Positions 28,459 to 37,478 of a stretch of DNA of 64,000 nt are shown here, piece by piece. The position numbers were made by a program, and so were the translations under genes. The stretch is from Armatimonadota bacterium (lineage in GTDB: Bacteria; Armatimonadota; SYMT01), in assembly GCA_041690135.1 (NCBI GenBank), contig JAWLHY010000003.1:32001-96000 (forward strand). Direction: 5' to 3'. Position 1 is the first letter of the stretch, and every line of letters starts with the position of its first letter. The notes beneath the pieces were generated by a model. The model saw only the letters and a list, made by a program, of their open reading frames with translations, searched no databases and was not told the DNA's origin.

Positions 28459-29037
28459 GTGGCAGTGGCGTGCGGAAACAGCGGAGCGACGTGCGACCAG
28501 TGCGGCGCGGCGGTTTGCGGAAGGCAGGCGGTGATGAGCCGGATCCTGGGTGGAAAGGAACGCCGGCTGTGCCTCCCCTGCCTGAGCGGCTCGCTGGATA
28601 CGCCGCCCGACCGCCTGTGCGAGTTGGTGGGCAACTACCTGGCGCGGCGGGACTGCTATCGACGGGACTGGCGCCGCGCTTCGGTGTGCGACCGGGACGG
28701 GCAGGCTCCCTGCTGCCCCAGTCGGCTGGAGAATGCGCCCGACCCGCCCGCGTGGTTCCGGCCGGAACTGTTCGAGCGGACGGACCTGGACGATTTGCCC
28801 GACCCGGACCTGGTGGTCGACGCCGAGGAAGCCGGCTGCGGGGACCTGATGGTGCTCTTGATGCGCTCCATCCGGAAGCTTGCACCGGGGCAGGTCCTCT
28901 CGATCACCGCCCGCGACCCGGGCGCCGAAGCCGACATCCCGAGCTGGAGCCGCCTCACGGGACACGCCCTGCTGGCCGGCCCCACCGGTGAAGATGAAGC
29001 CACGTACTACATCCAGAAGAAGCAGGAGGGCGGATAA
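28459..29037 (+). CDS. Cys-rich domain fused to TusA/SirA sulfur-carrier domain
   Basis: CxxC..C, CxxC, CCP then DAEEAGCG...LAPGQVL...DPGAEADIPSW..LTGH. Confidence 0.75.
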   Translation: MAVACGNSGATCDQCGAAVCGRQAVMSRILGGKERRLCLPCLSGSLDTPPDRLCELVGNYLARRDCYRRDWRRASVCDRDGQAPCCPSRLENAPDPPAWFRPELFERTDLDDLPDPDLVVDAEEAGCGDLMVLLMRSIRKLAPGQVLSITARDPGAEADIPSWSRLTGHALLAGPTGEDEATYYIQKKQEGG

Positions 29038-29174
29038 CCCCTCCCACGGCGCCATGCGCCAACCTTCAACCCCTGGCCCCCGCGGGGGGCTTCAACCTTC
29101 AACCTGCAACCTGCAAACCTTCCAACTTTGATCCCCTTATGGGGAACACGTACCGACCATTGGAGGATCCAAAG

Positions 29175-29534
29175 ATGCCTAAGCTGATGATCTCGCTCAC
29201 CTGCGCCAGGGACAATACGGACAAGGCTACCGTGGCCTTTGTCGTCGCCAACGCCTCCGTCGCGTCCGACGTGGAGACGGTGGTCTTCCTCAGCACCGAG
29301 GGCGTCCGCCTCGCACAGAAGGGGTACGCCGATGATATCCACGAAGAGGGCTTCAAGGCCCTGAAGGAGCTGATGGACGACTTCGCCGAGTTCGGCGGCA
29401 AGATCTACGTCTGCTCGCCCTGTTTCAAGAAGCGCGGCCTGGATGAGAACAACCTGGTGGAAGGCGCGGCCATCGTCGGTGGGGCCAAGGCGGTCGAGTT
29501 CCTGACCAGCGGCGCGAGCTGCATTAGCTATTGA
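29175..29534 (+). CDS. DsrE/DsrF-like protein
   Basis: VFLSTEGVRL, GKIYVCSPCFKKRG; GGAGG RBS. Confidence 0.9.
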   Translation: MPKLMISLTCARDNTDKATVAFVVANASVASDVETVVFLSTEGVRLAQKGYADDIHEEGFKALKELMDDFAEFGGKIYVCSPCFKKRGLDENNLVEGAAIVGGAKAVEFLTSGASCISY

Positions 29535-29540
29535 TCTTCC

Positions 29541-30833
29541 ATGAGTGAATCGATCGACGAACGAGATGCCTTCTCCGTCATCGGCATCACCCCGGACCGG
29601 GTGGTGGATGGCGGAGATCTCGACTGCGGGTCCGGCCTGCTGCTGATCATCCGGCGCGCCATGAACCAGCTCGAGCCAGGGCAGGTGTTGGAGGTGGACA
29701 GCACCGAGATCAGCGTGCGTGACGACCTGCCCGCCTGGTGCCGGATGACCCAGAACGAGTTCCTCACCGCGCTGGACGGGGGAGACCGGATCAAGTACCT
29801 GGTCCGGAAGGGCCCCGGCACGGGCGCCTGGGGCAAGCCGGACTGGGGCATCGAGCTGCCGCGGCGCACCGGCAACCGCCTGGACGTGCGGGACTGGCTG
29901 ACCGGCCGCGTGGGGGAGATCCCGCAGGAGGCGCCAACCTACTTCGGGTTCGTGCCGCGGGGAGCGGTGCCGGAGCCGGGCATGCCGGACTACGGCTTTG
30001 CCATCAACCACAAGGACGACGTGTGGGCGGACAACATTGGCGACCTGTACGAGCAGGCGAAGGCCGCCCAGTGGGACGCCTCCTCCGCCATCGCCTGGGA
30101 CCAGCTCCCCAAGCTGGATGAGGACGTGGAGCGGGCGGTCTGCCAGATCATGACGTTCCTGGCGGAGAACGAGTACTCGGCCCTTTACATCCCGAGCAAG
30201 TTCTTGCCGCAGATCAACCCGCAGTTCACGGAAGTGGTCCTCTTCCTGGCTACCGTGGTGAACGACGAGGCCCGTCACATCGAGGCGTTCACCAAGCGCG
30301 CCCTCGCCAATGGCGGCGGTCTCCAGTACGCGTCCGCGGCGACGGAGTGGTCCCTCTACAGCCTGCTGATCCAGGAAGACTACTTCAACTCCAGCTTCCT
30401 GCTCCATGTGCTAGGGGAGGGGACCTTCCTCGACCTGCTGCGGTTCTGCGAGGAGTTCGCGCCGGATCCCGTGACGAAAGATGTCGTTCGGCGCGCTCGC
30501 CAGGACGAGGCACGGCACGTGGCTTACGGCGTGGCGCACCTGAAGCACCAGCTCCAGCAGCACCCGGAGAACATGAACCGGCTGTTGGAAGCCGTGGAGT
30601 CCCGCGCGGATGCCATCGCGGCGACCTCCGGCACCACCCCCTTCGTGATGGAAGCGCTGGCCGTACTGGCCGGCGGCGGTGCCTCGCCGAAGCAGATGTC
30701 CGCCGGGGTGGAGAAGGTGAAGGAGCTGTACCGGACCATGGACCAGAACCGCACGCAGCGCCTGGTCCAGGCCGGGGTTTCTCTCGATCTCGCCCGTAAG
30801 ATGAGCGAGATGCACACGCCGAATTTCATGTAA
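29541..30833 (+). CDS. TusA/SirA domain fused to ferritin-like diiron domain
   Basis: N-terminal DGGDLDCG..LEPGQVL..DLPAWC; diiron ligands E(YSA)...DEARH...E(GTF)...DEARH. Confidence 0.85.
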   Translation: MSESIDERDAFSVIGITPDRVVDGGDLDCGSGLLLIIRRAMNQLEPGQVLEVDSTEISVRDDLPAWCRMTQNEFLTALDGGDRIKYLVRKGPGTGAWGKPDWGIELPRRTGNRLDVRDWLTGRVGEIPQEAPTYFGFVPRGAVPEPGMPDYGFAINHKDDVWADNIGDLYEQAKAAQWDASSAIAWDQLPKLDEDVERAVCQIMTFLAENEYSALYIPSKFLPQINPQFTEVVLFLATVVNDEARHIEAFTKRALANGGGLQYASAATEWSLYSLLIQEDYFNSSFLLHVLGEGTFLDLLRFCEEFAPDPVTKDVVRRARQDEARHVAYGVAHLKHQLQQHPENMNRLLEAVESRADAIAATSGTTPFVMEALAVLAGGGASPKQMSAGVEKVKELYRTMDQNRTQRLVQAGVSLDLARKMSEMHTPNFM

Positions 30834-30986
30834 TTCAGGTGTTCAGGTAGTCAGGTGTTCAGGTAGTCAGGTGTTCAGGTGGTCAGGTAGTCAGGTGGTC
30901 AGGTAGTCAGGTGTTGAGGTAGTCAGGTGTTCAGGTGTTCAGGTAGACCGAACACCCGAACACCGAACACCCGAACACCGAACACC
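30834..30986. repeat. 14 x 8-bp (T/G)TCAGGT(G/A) array followed by complementary GAACACC(C) units
   Basis: Array 30834-30945, inverse units 30950-30986; fills the gap between two convergent stops. Confidence 0.9.
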
Positions 30987-32131
30987 TACTTCTTCGTTTC
31001 CATCGCCGGCCGGGTGCCGCCGCGCTTGCCGCCGAAGCGGTGCGTTACGCTCGCGATGATGGAGTAATCCGCGAACGTCGAGTCGCGCGGCACGCCGGGG
31101 ATCTGCGCCCGGATGTTGCGCTGGGTCACCACCGGGAAGGTGATGGAGAACACCGTGCGCCCTGTGGAGTAGAGTAGGCCGGGTTCCACGGCGATGCTAT
31201 AGCCGGGGCGTCGGAAACCCTCGGTCTTTCCGATGAAGTCTTCCGTCGGCACCCCTTCCAACCGGCCCGCCAGGATCACGTTGAGACCGCGGACGTCCGG
31301 CACCGGATGGCTCCAGCCGAGGCGGGCCACGTACTGGTCGGGCACGGTGTTGAACCGCTGGAACGCGGGCACGGCGCTGGGGCCGTTGGGGTTCAGGAAC
31401 GCCGGAGGCGACAGCGTGTTGTTTTGACCGCGCGGGTTCGCCAGGTAGACGCCGGAGAAGAACACCGTGCCCGTGCCCACCTGCCGGAACGCCTGCACGT
31501 CGAAGATGATCCCCCAGCCGCCGTCGCCGGGTTGGATGGAGGGGTCGAGAGGACGCAGTTGAGGGTTCTCGCCACGGCCGTTCGGGAAGCGGTCCATCGC
31601 GTTCGAGTTACCGGTTGGGGCTTTGAAACCGAACCCGAGCGAGATGTTATGCTGCATGTGCTCGTCGCAGTCAAGCAGCCACCGGCGTGCGACCAGGGAG
31701 ATATCTCCCAGGCCCTCGACGCTCTGGACGAAGCGCGGGCTCCCGGCCATGTTCGCCGGCAGGGCGCGGCTCGAACTGCCGTAGGTAATGTACGGCACGT
31801 TCAGCGTGAGGTTGAGCTGCCGGTTGAGGGCGTAGGTGCCGGTCAGGTCCAGGGTCTGCAGCTTGGAGATCACCTGGGTGCCGAGGTCGGTCACCGGCTG
31901 GCTCAGGCGGGTGCCCTGGTACTGCTCGTCCGCGCGGAAGGTGCGGAAGGTCGAGCCTACCTGCCACTCGCCTCTTTCAAGATAGGGTCCCAGATTGGCG
32001 CCAAACACGGGCGCACTTTGACGGGTGAGGATTCAACCCTGGGCCCAGGCGTGCCGGTTGGGGAGCAGGAGCCCGACCGTGGCGACGGTGCCGGCCAGGG
32101 CATAACGCATCCAGGAAGATTTGCTTTTCAT
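30986..32131 (-). CDS. Probable selenocysteine-containing outer-membrane (beta-barrel-like) protein
   Basis: ATG 32131 gives a signal peptide ending AWA-QG, then in-frame TGA (32033-32035) continuing into ORF 30986-32008 (GLGDISL, GFKAPTG, IQPGDGGWG, FRRPGY); hairpin downstream of TGA. Confidence 0.75.
31998..32014 (-). promoter_or_regulatory. SECIS-like hairpin
   Basis: GCGCC-CGUGUUU-GGCGC beginning 18 nt after the UGA. Confidence 0.5.
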
Positions 32132-32437
32132 TGGGAGCAACGCTGTGGATCGAAGGTGGGTCCCGGTAGAGATGACCGAGCTGGCCCCAGGGTAGGAAGA
32201 GATGGGGCTCTCCTAAACCCTACCTTGACCAGGCAAGCGCCGTCACCAGAATCTTCGATTCGACCAATGGAATTTTTCTATGACAGAGCATTCGGTTATC
32301 GGTCCTGGCTATCCGGCGTTGCTTTGCTTGGCCTCAAGCCCCGGTGCGGTGCCGAAGTGCGAAAGGTGGCATAGCACAGCGAACTCCGAGGGGGCTTTTG
32401 CGTCTATCAAAGCGAAGGCGGGAGCGGAGGTGAGCAG

Positions 32438-33838
32438 ATGCGCGGGAAGATCCGGGTTGGAGTACTGATGCTGCTGGGAGCGGGTCTCCTGGCGAGTGGC
32501 GGCAACCTCTGGGGTGCTGCACCCGCGAAGGGGGTCCCCGCGAGCCCGGCCGTCGAGCCCGAATATGTGCCGCGGCCCCGGGGGAGCTTGACCTTCAACC
32601 GGGAGATCGCGCCCGTTATCTTCCAGAACTGCTCCGGCTGCCACCGGCCGGGGGAGGTGGCGCCGTTCTCGCTGTTGACCTACGCGGACGTGCAGAAGCG
32701 TGCCCGGCAGATCGCCCTGGTTACCGAGCGGCGGCTGATGCCGCCCTGGAAGGCCGAGCCGAATGATCCGCCGCACGAGGACGTGATGCGCCTCACCGCG
32801 GATCAGATCGGCATGCTCAAGCAGTGGGCAGAAGAGGGCGCGAAGGAAGGGGATCCGACCGCTCGTCCCGCGCCGCCGAAGTTCACCCAGGGCTGGCGCC
32901 TGGGCGAGCCGGACCTGGTCCTCCAACCGGCCGAGGCCTACCAGCTCGAGGCAGAAGGGAAGGACGTCTACCGCAACTTCGTGATCCCCTCCAACTTCAC
33001 CGAGGACCGCTGGCTCTCCGCCATCGAAGTCCGGCCGGACAACCGGGTGGTGGTACACCACGCGCTGGTTTACTTCGATACCCGCGGTAAAGCGCGGGAG
33101 TTGGACGCCGCCCAGCCGGGACCCGGCTACTCAACTTTCGGGGGTATCGGCTTCTCACCCGGGGGTCAGCTCGGCGGTTGGGCACCTGGCAACTACCCGC
33201 GCCACCTTCCGGACGGCGTGGGCATGCACATCCCCAGGGGGGCGGATATCGTCCTCCAGGTGCATTATCACAGGAGCGGCAAGGTGGAGACCGATCGCAC
33301 CCGGCTCGGGCTGTACTTCTCGAAAAAGCCGGTGGATAAACAGCGACGGGTGCTGCCCCTCCTTGGCCGGCCCCTGCGCATCCCGGCCGGAGACGCGAAC
33401 TACACGGTGCGCGCCAGCATGACGGTGCCGCTCAACGCCACCCTGCTGGAAGTGATGCCGCACATGCACCTGCTGGGGAAGGAGATCTCCGTTACGGCCA
33501 CGCTGCCGGACGGCAAGCAGCTCTCGCTGGTGCGCATTCCGGACTGGGACTTCAACTGGCAGGCCACCTACGCCTTCCGGGAGCCGGTGAAACTGCCTCG
33601 GGGCACGAAGATCGAGCTGGTGGCGCGGTACGACAACTCGGCGAACAATCCCCGCAACCCCTCCAACCCGCCGCGCCTGGTCACCTGGGGCGAGGAAACC
33701 ACGGACGAGATGTGCATCGCCTTCCTGCACTACACCCTGGACCACGAGCGCGCTGCCCAACAGGGCCAACGCCCCGGTCTTCTCAGCGACCGTCTCTTGA
33801 ACCTATTCCAGCGCCTCCAGGACCTGGGCAAGAAATAA
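32438..33838 (+). CDS. Secreted c-type heme / copper type II ascorbate-dependent monooxygenase-like protein
   Basis: CSGCH heme motif; VVHHAL, QVHYH, PHMHLLG, WDFNWQ, TTDEMC. Confidence 0.85.
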   Translation: MRGKIRVGVLMLLGAGLLASGGNLWGAAPAKGVPASPAVEPEYVPRPRGSLTFNREIAPVIFQNCSGCHRPGEVAPFSLLTYADVQKRARQIALVTERRLMPPWKAEPNDPPHEDVMRLTADQIGMLKQWAEEGAKEGDPTARPAPPKFTQGWRLGEPDLVLQPAEAYQLEAEGKDVYRNFVIPSNFTEDRWLSAIEVRPDNRVVVHHALVYFDTRGKARELDAAQPGPGYSTFGGIGFSPGGQLGGWAPGNYPRHLPDGVGMHIPRGADIVLQVHYHRSGKVETDRTRLGLYFSKKPVDKQRRVLPLLGRPLRIPAGDANYTVRASMTVPLNATLLEVMPHMHLLGKEISVTATLPDGKQLSLVRIPDWDFNWQATYAFREPVKLPRGTKIELVARYDNSANNPRNPSNPPRLVTWGEETTDEMCIAFLHYTLDHERAAQQGQRPGLLSDRLLNLFQRLQDLGKK

Positions 33839-33892
33839 CTTATCCGCTTCCTTTGCGGCTTTGCGTCTTTGCGCGAGACACACCCTTGCGGC

Positions 33893-34492
33893 TTAAGGCT
33901 CGGGGATGAAGCACCCGATCGCCCTGGTTCGCGTAACTGCCGGCTGTTTCCCCGCCAGCACCGCGTCCAGGGCATCGCGGAGATCTCGGGTTGTAGGCGG
34001 AAAGCGCTTCTTGCCCAGGTCGACGTAAAGGTCGTTGATGCGGCCCCGGTAAACGAGCCGGCCGGTCGCATCGAACACGGCTGCCTCCGGCGTGAGGGTG
34101 GCGCCCGCCTTGCGGACCAGCTTCTGCTGGGGGTCGAGCAACAGGGGGAAGCGCAGGCCGAAGTCCTTCCCGTGGCGCGCCGCGGCCGCGGTCTCCAGCG
34201 TAGGGTCCGGATAGATCCCGAACAGGGCTACCCCCTTCGGCGCGTATTCGGCGTGGATCCGCCCCAACTCCGGCGCGAAGGCGTTGGAGATCGGGCAGTC
34301 GCTGCCCAGGAATACCAGGACTGCCGCCTTCTTTCCCTTCATATCCAGCGGCACGTAAGTCTTACCGTCCACCCCGCGCACCCGGATCGCCTCCGGCGCC
34401 GCCGTTCCGCTCTCCATCGCCGCCAAAGCGAAGACCAGACTCCCTCCACAAAACAAGCGCCGCGTCAGCTTACGCCTCCCCTTCACTCGCAT
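33893..34492 (-). CDS. Secreted redoxin (AhpC/TSA-like) protein
   Basis: FLGSDCPISN, TLTPEA, YRGRIND, AIGCFI. Confidence 0.85.
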   Translation of the reverse strand: MRVKGRRKLTRRLFCGGSLVFALAAMESGTAAPEAIRVRGVDGKTYVPLDMKGKKAAVLVFLGSDCPISNAFAPELGRIHAEYAPKGVALFGIYPDPTLETAAAARHGKDFGLRFPLLLDPQQKLVRKAGATLTPEAAVFDATGRLVYRGRINDLYVDLGKKRFPPTTRDLRDALDAVLAGKQPAVTRTRAIGCFIPEP

Positions 34493-34558
34493 CCCTCCCC
34501 TTTCCGAGGCTCCGCCCTCCTGATCTTCATCCTCATCGGCGAAGCTCTCCCCCACTCG

Positions 34559-34593
34559 CCTCTTACTCCTACTCTTACTCCTACTCTTACTCC
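34559..34593. repeat. CTCTTA/CTCCTA hexamer tandem repeat
   Basis: About 6 alternating units after the stop at 34599. Confidence 0.65.
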
Positions 34594-34598
34594 CTACG

Positions 34599-35447
34599 TC
34601 AGAGTCCCCCCCGCGGCCGCACGCGCACTGCCAATTCCTTACCCCGGCGCACCACCCGTAGTTCCGCGAGTTGCCCCGGCGCAACCTGGCCTGCGGCCTG
34701 GTGCAGGTCTTCCAGACTGTCTGTCCACCATCCGTCCAGTGTGGTGATCCGGTCCCCCACCTTCAGGCCGGCAGCGGCGGCGGCACCCCCCGGGTAGATG
34801 CGAGTGATCCGCATGCCGGGGTGATCGTCGGGACGGTCCACTTCCAGGCCCCAGAGGGCGGGCGATCCCAGGACTTTCCGCTGCGGGGCGGCCGTGAAGA
34901 GACGGGTCACGAGGCCAGACATCACGTCCTGTGGCTGGTAGTCGACGGGGGTGAGGGTCATCTTTCCCGCTTCGTAGTCGAGCACGGTGCGGTAGCGGGA
35001 GAAGAAGGAGTAGCCAATGATCCCGTCGATCTCCCCCTCGTAACGTGAAAGGACGTCGATGACGGGATGGTCCATTACCAGCAGGTTGAAGTTCCCCAGT
35101 TCCACCGCGCCCACGGCCAGCGTCTTCACCGCAAACTGGCCGCGCATGCCGAAGAAGGACGGCTGCTTCGCGCGCTCCGGCGTGATGAGCCCTGCCTTCA
35201 ACGCCGCCCGCCCGCTGATGAACGTCAGGGGAGAGCCCGTATCGAAGACCAGTCGGAAGGGACCGGCGCCGTTCACCTTGACGGAGACCAGGGCATGACG
35301 CGTCCGGGTGAGCTCCATCGGCACCGAAACGGCCACCGGCGCCGCGACCGGCTTCCCGGGCGGCTCATCCGCGCAGGAAGGCCGCGCACCGCCCAGCAGC
35401 CCACCGGCCAACACGACCGCCGCCCATACTCCGAAGTGCCTTCTCAT
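34599..35447 (-). CDS. Secreted retropepsin-like aspartyl protease with PDZ domain
   Basis: VFDTGS, DGIIG, AAAAGLKVGDRI. Confidence 0.88.
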   Translation of the reverse strand: MRRHFGVWAAVVLAGGLLGGARPSCADEPPGKPVAAPVAVSVPMELTRTRHALVSVKVNGAGPFRLVFDTGSPLTFISGRAALKAGLITPERAKQPSFFGMRGQFAVKTLAVGAVELGNFNLLVMDHPVIDVLSRYEGEIDGIIGYSFFSRYRTVLDYEAGKMTLTPVDYQPQDVMSGLVTRLFTAAPQRKVLGSPALWGLEVDRPDDHPGMRITRIYPGGAAAAAGLKVGDRITTLDGWWTDSLEDLHQAAGQVAPGQLAELRVVRRGKELAVRVRPRGGL

Positions 35448-35541
35448 TGTCTCCACACCTTGTCCAGCCACCCGTTCCAAGAACCCTGCCCCATCCTGAT
35501 CCTTATCCTAACCCGGCGTAGCCGGAACCCAGAGGAAGACG

Positions 35542-35800
35542 GCGTCATTGCGAAGGAGCCTTAGCGACTGCGGCAATCCCCCTGCCTTCCGCGCCGCTGC
35601 CTTTGCCACTACTCGTCCGCTTTGCAGTATTCACTGCGGACCTCCAAGGCTGGAGGGCGACCTACGGGGGGCGAGACCCGCTGCGGTCACCACGGGGATT
35701 GCCGCGCCCCGCAGAGGTCGGACCACGCACCCGAATGCGATATCAACCAAAGCTCGGCCCACGTGGTTAGATGCGGCCGGATTGGGGCTCGCAATGACGC
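35542..35800. repeat. Nested palindromic repeat element (GTCATTGCGA...GCAATC class)
   Basis: Perfect IRs GCGTCATTGCGA/TCGCAATGACGC and GCGGCAATCCCC (35570-35581)/GGGGATTGCCGC (35694-35705). Confidence 0.8.
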
Positions 35801-35949
35801 ACTCTGGTTTCCAAGAAACACAGTATCTCTGTGCGTGCCACCCAGTGGAGCGGCAATCGAGCACCCTACCCTGGTAGTTACGCATCCTTCCTTATCTTTA
35901 TCCTCATCGCAATCTTAATCGGGCCGCAGGCCCCTTCCGCCTTCATCCT

Positions 35950-36903
35950 TCAAAACCCGTTCCCGGCCCGCACGACCACCGCCAGCTTCCGCTTGCCGCG
36001 GAGGACGGTCAGCCGGACCGCTTCGCCCGCCGCTACCTGGGTCGCCAGGGTCTGGAGCTCCTCGACGGACTTCACGGGCTGCGCCGTCTTGCCGAGGAGT
36101 GCCAGGTGCGTGATGCGGTCTCCGACGGCCAGCTTCGCGCGAGCGGCGGGGCTCTGCGGGAGGACCCGGGTAATCCGTGGGATGCCCGGCGCGGAAGCTA
36201 GTTCGAAGCCGAGGAAGCCACGGGCGACCTGTGGGATCTCGGCACGCTTGGGGACCAGCGTGCCGAGCAGTCCGGGCAGCTTCTCCATCGCCGCGAGTTC
36301 GGCCGGCGGCTCCCCGGGCGTCTCCGGTGGCGCGGAGTTGCCGGCGGGAGGCTTCGATGCGGGCGCTCCCGGTTCGGGGAGTTCCGTGATGGAGACTAAC
36401 GGCAGCGGCTGGTACTTCAGTGGCGTCCAGACCATCACCGGGCGAGTTAGGTCGATCTCCATCCGGAACCGGGCAATCAGGTTATAGCCGAGAACACCGT
36501 CCAGCCGCGCGCCGGGAAGTCCCACCAGGTTCATGCCGGTCAACTGCGGTGGCTCCTGGACGCGTGCCTCCTGCTTCTCGACGACCGCGCCCCCTTCGAT
36601 CTCCAGGCGCTTCACCGTGGCCCAGCCTTCCTCATCCGCCTTCAGCCCCGCCTTCTTCGCGGCCTCCGGAGAGATGAAGAGCGCCGGCGCCCCGGTATCC
36701 AGGATGAAGTTGAAGGGACCTTTCCCGTGCAATTTCGCACGGACCAGGAGATGCTTGGTCGCCGTCAGCCGGTAGGGCACCCGGTAGGTGCGGCCCGGAG
36801 GGGAAGGTGCCGGGGTTGCCGGCACCGCCGGAACCGGGGGAGCCGCGCCCACGGGCAAACCGAGCGCGAGAAACAGGTAAAGGGTGGAGGATAGCTGTCG
36901 CAT
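35950..36903 (-). CDS. Second secreted aspartyl protease with PDZ domain
   Basis: ILDTGA, DGVLG, SPAARAKLAVGDRI. Confidence 0.88.
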   Translation of the reverse strand: MRQLSSTLYLFLALGLPVGAAPPVPAVPATPAPSPPGRTYRVPYRLTATKHLLVRAKLHGKGPFNFILDTGAPALFISPEAAKKAGLKADEEGWATVKRLEIEGGAVVEKQEARVQEPPQLTGMNLVGLPGARLDGVLGYNLIARFRMEIDLTRPVMVWTPLKYQPLPLVSITELPEPGAPASKPPAGNSAPPETPGEPPAELAAMEKLPGLLGTLVPKRAEIPQVARGFLGFELASAPGIPRITRVLPQSPAARAKLAVGDRITHLALLGKTAQPVKSVEELQTLATQVAAGEAVRLTVLRGKRKLAVVVRAGNGF

Positions 36904-37076
36904 AGAATGGGATGGGAGTAGAAGGCTCATCTGCAGTGTAGCGCGCCCGACGCCGGTTGGCCGATACCCACGTGCGCTCCGCGCAGAGCCGCCGTAGAAC
37001 TCGCCCTCCTAAGGATACGGTTACCAGGGTGTGGAATGATCGACAGAGTTTCAGCGAGGGCAGGGAGGGTGGCGGC

Positions 37077-37478
37077 ATGACTGTCTCCCCGGTGCGCAAG
37101 CTGGCCGTGTTGTTCCTGGCGGCGCAGGGGTTCGGCGCGTTCGGCTGGTGGCTGCTGCTGTGGGCTGTCCCGTCCAGCCGGGCGGCATTTCTCCCGCCGG
37201 GATGGCCCACGTCTACTCTGGCGCCGTTCCTGGTGGGAGACCTGACCCTCTTCGCGGGCGGAGCGCTCGCGGCGGCGTACGGTATCGCGCGCCGCCGTCC
37301 CTGGGCCTGGACGGTCCTCTGCATCCATTCGGGGGCTGCGCTCTATGCCGGGCTTTTCAGCCTGTCCCTGCCGCTCCTGTTCGGCTCTCCGTGGCTGGCC
37401 GCGGCGGTGATGGCGCCCTCCGTGATCGGCCCGCCGCTCCTGCTCTGGCGACTGCGCCCGGAGGCCCGTACGTGGTGA
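37077..37478 (+). CDS. Small 4-TM membrane protein
   Basis: GGGAGG RBS; hydrophobic helices; overlaps next start. Confidence 0.6.
   Translation: MTVSPVRKLAVLFLAAQGFGAFGWWLLLWAVPSSRAAFLPPGWPTSTLAPFLVGDLTLFAGGALAAAYGIARRRPWAWTVLCIHSGAALYAGLFSLSLPLLFGSPWLAAAVMAPSVIGPPLLLWRLRPEARTW

Noticed and set aside
29532-29543. Read-through fusion of DsrE with the TusA-diiron gene (in-frame TGA)
   Set aside because: DsrE is already complete at its usual C-terminus and the next gene has its own ATG
30834-30986. CRISPR array
   Set aside because: Contiguous 8-bp units with no unique spacers and no cas genes
32330-32420. c-di-GMP-I riboswitch (GACGCAAAAGCC on minus strand)
   Set aside because: Upstream GGCAAA/GNRA P2 elements are not present
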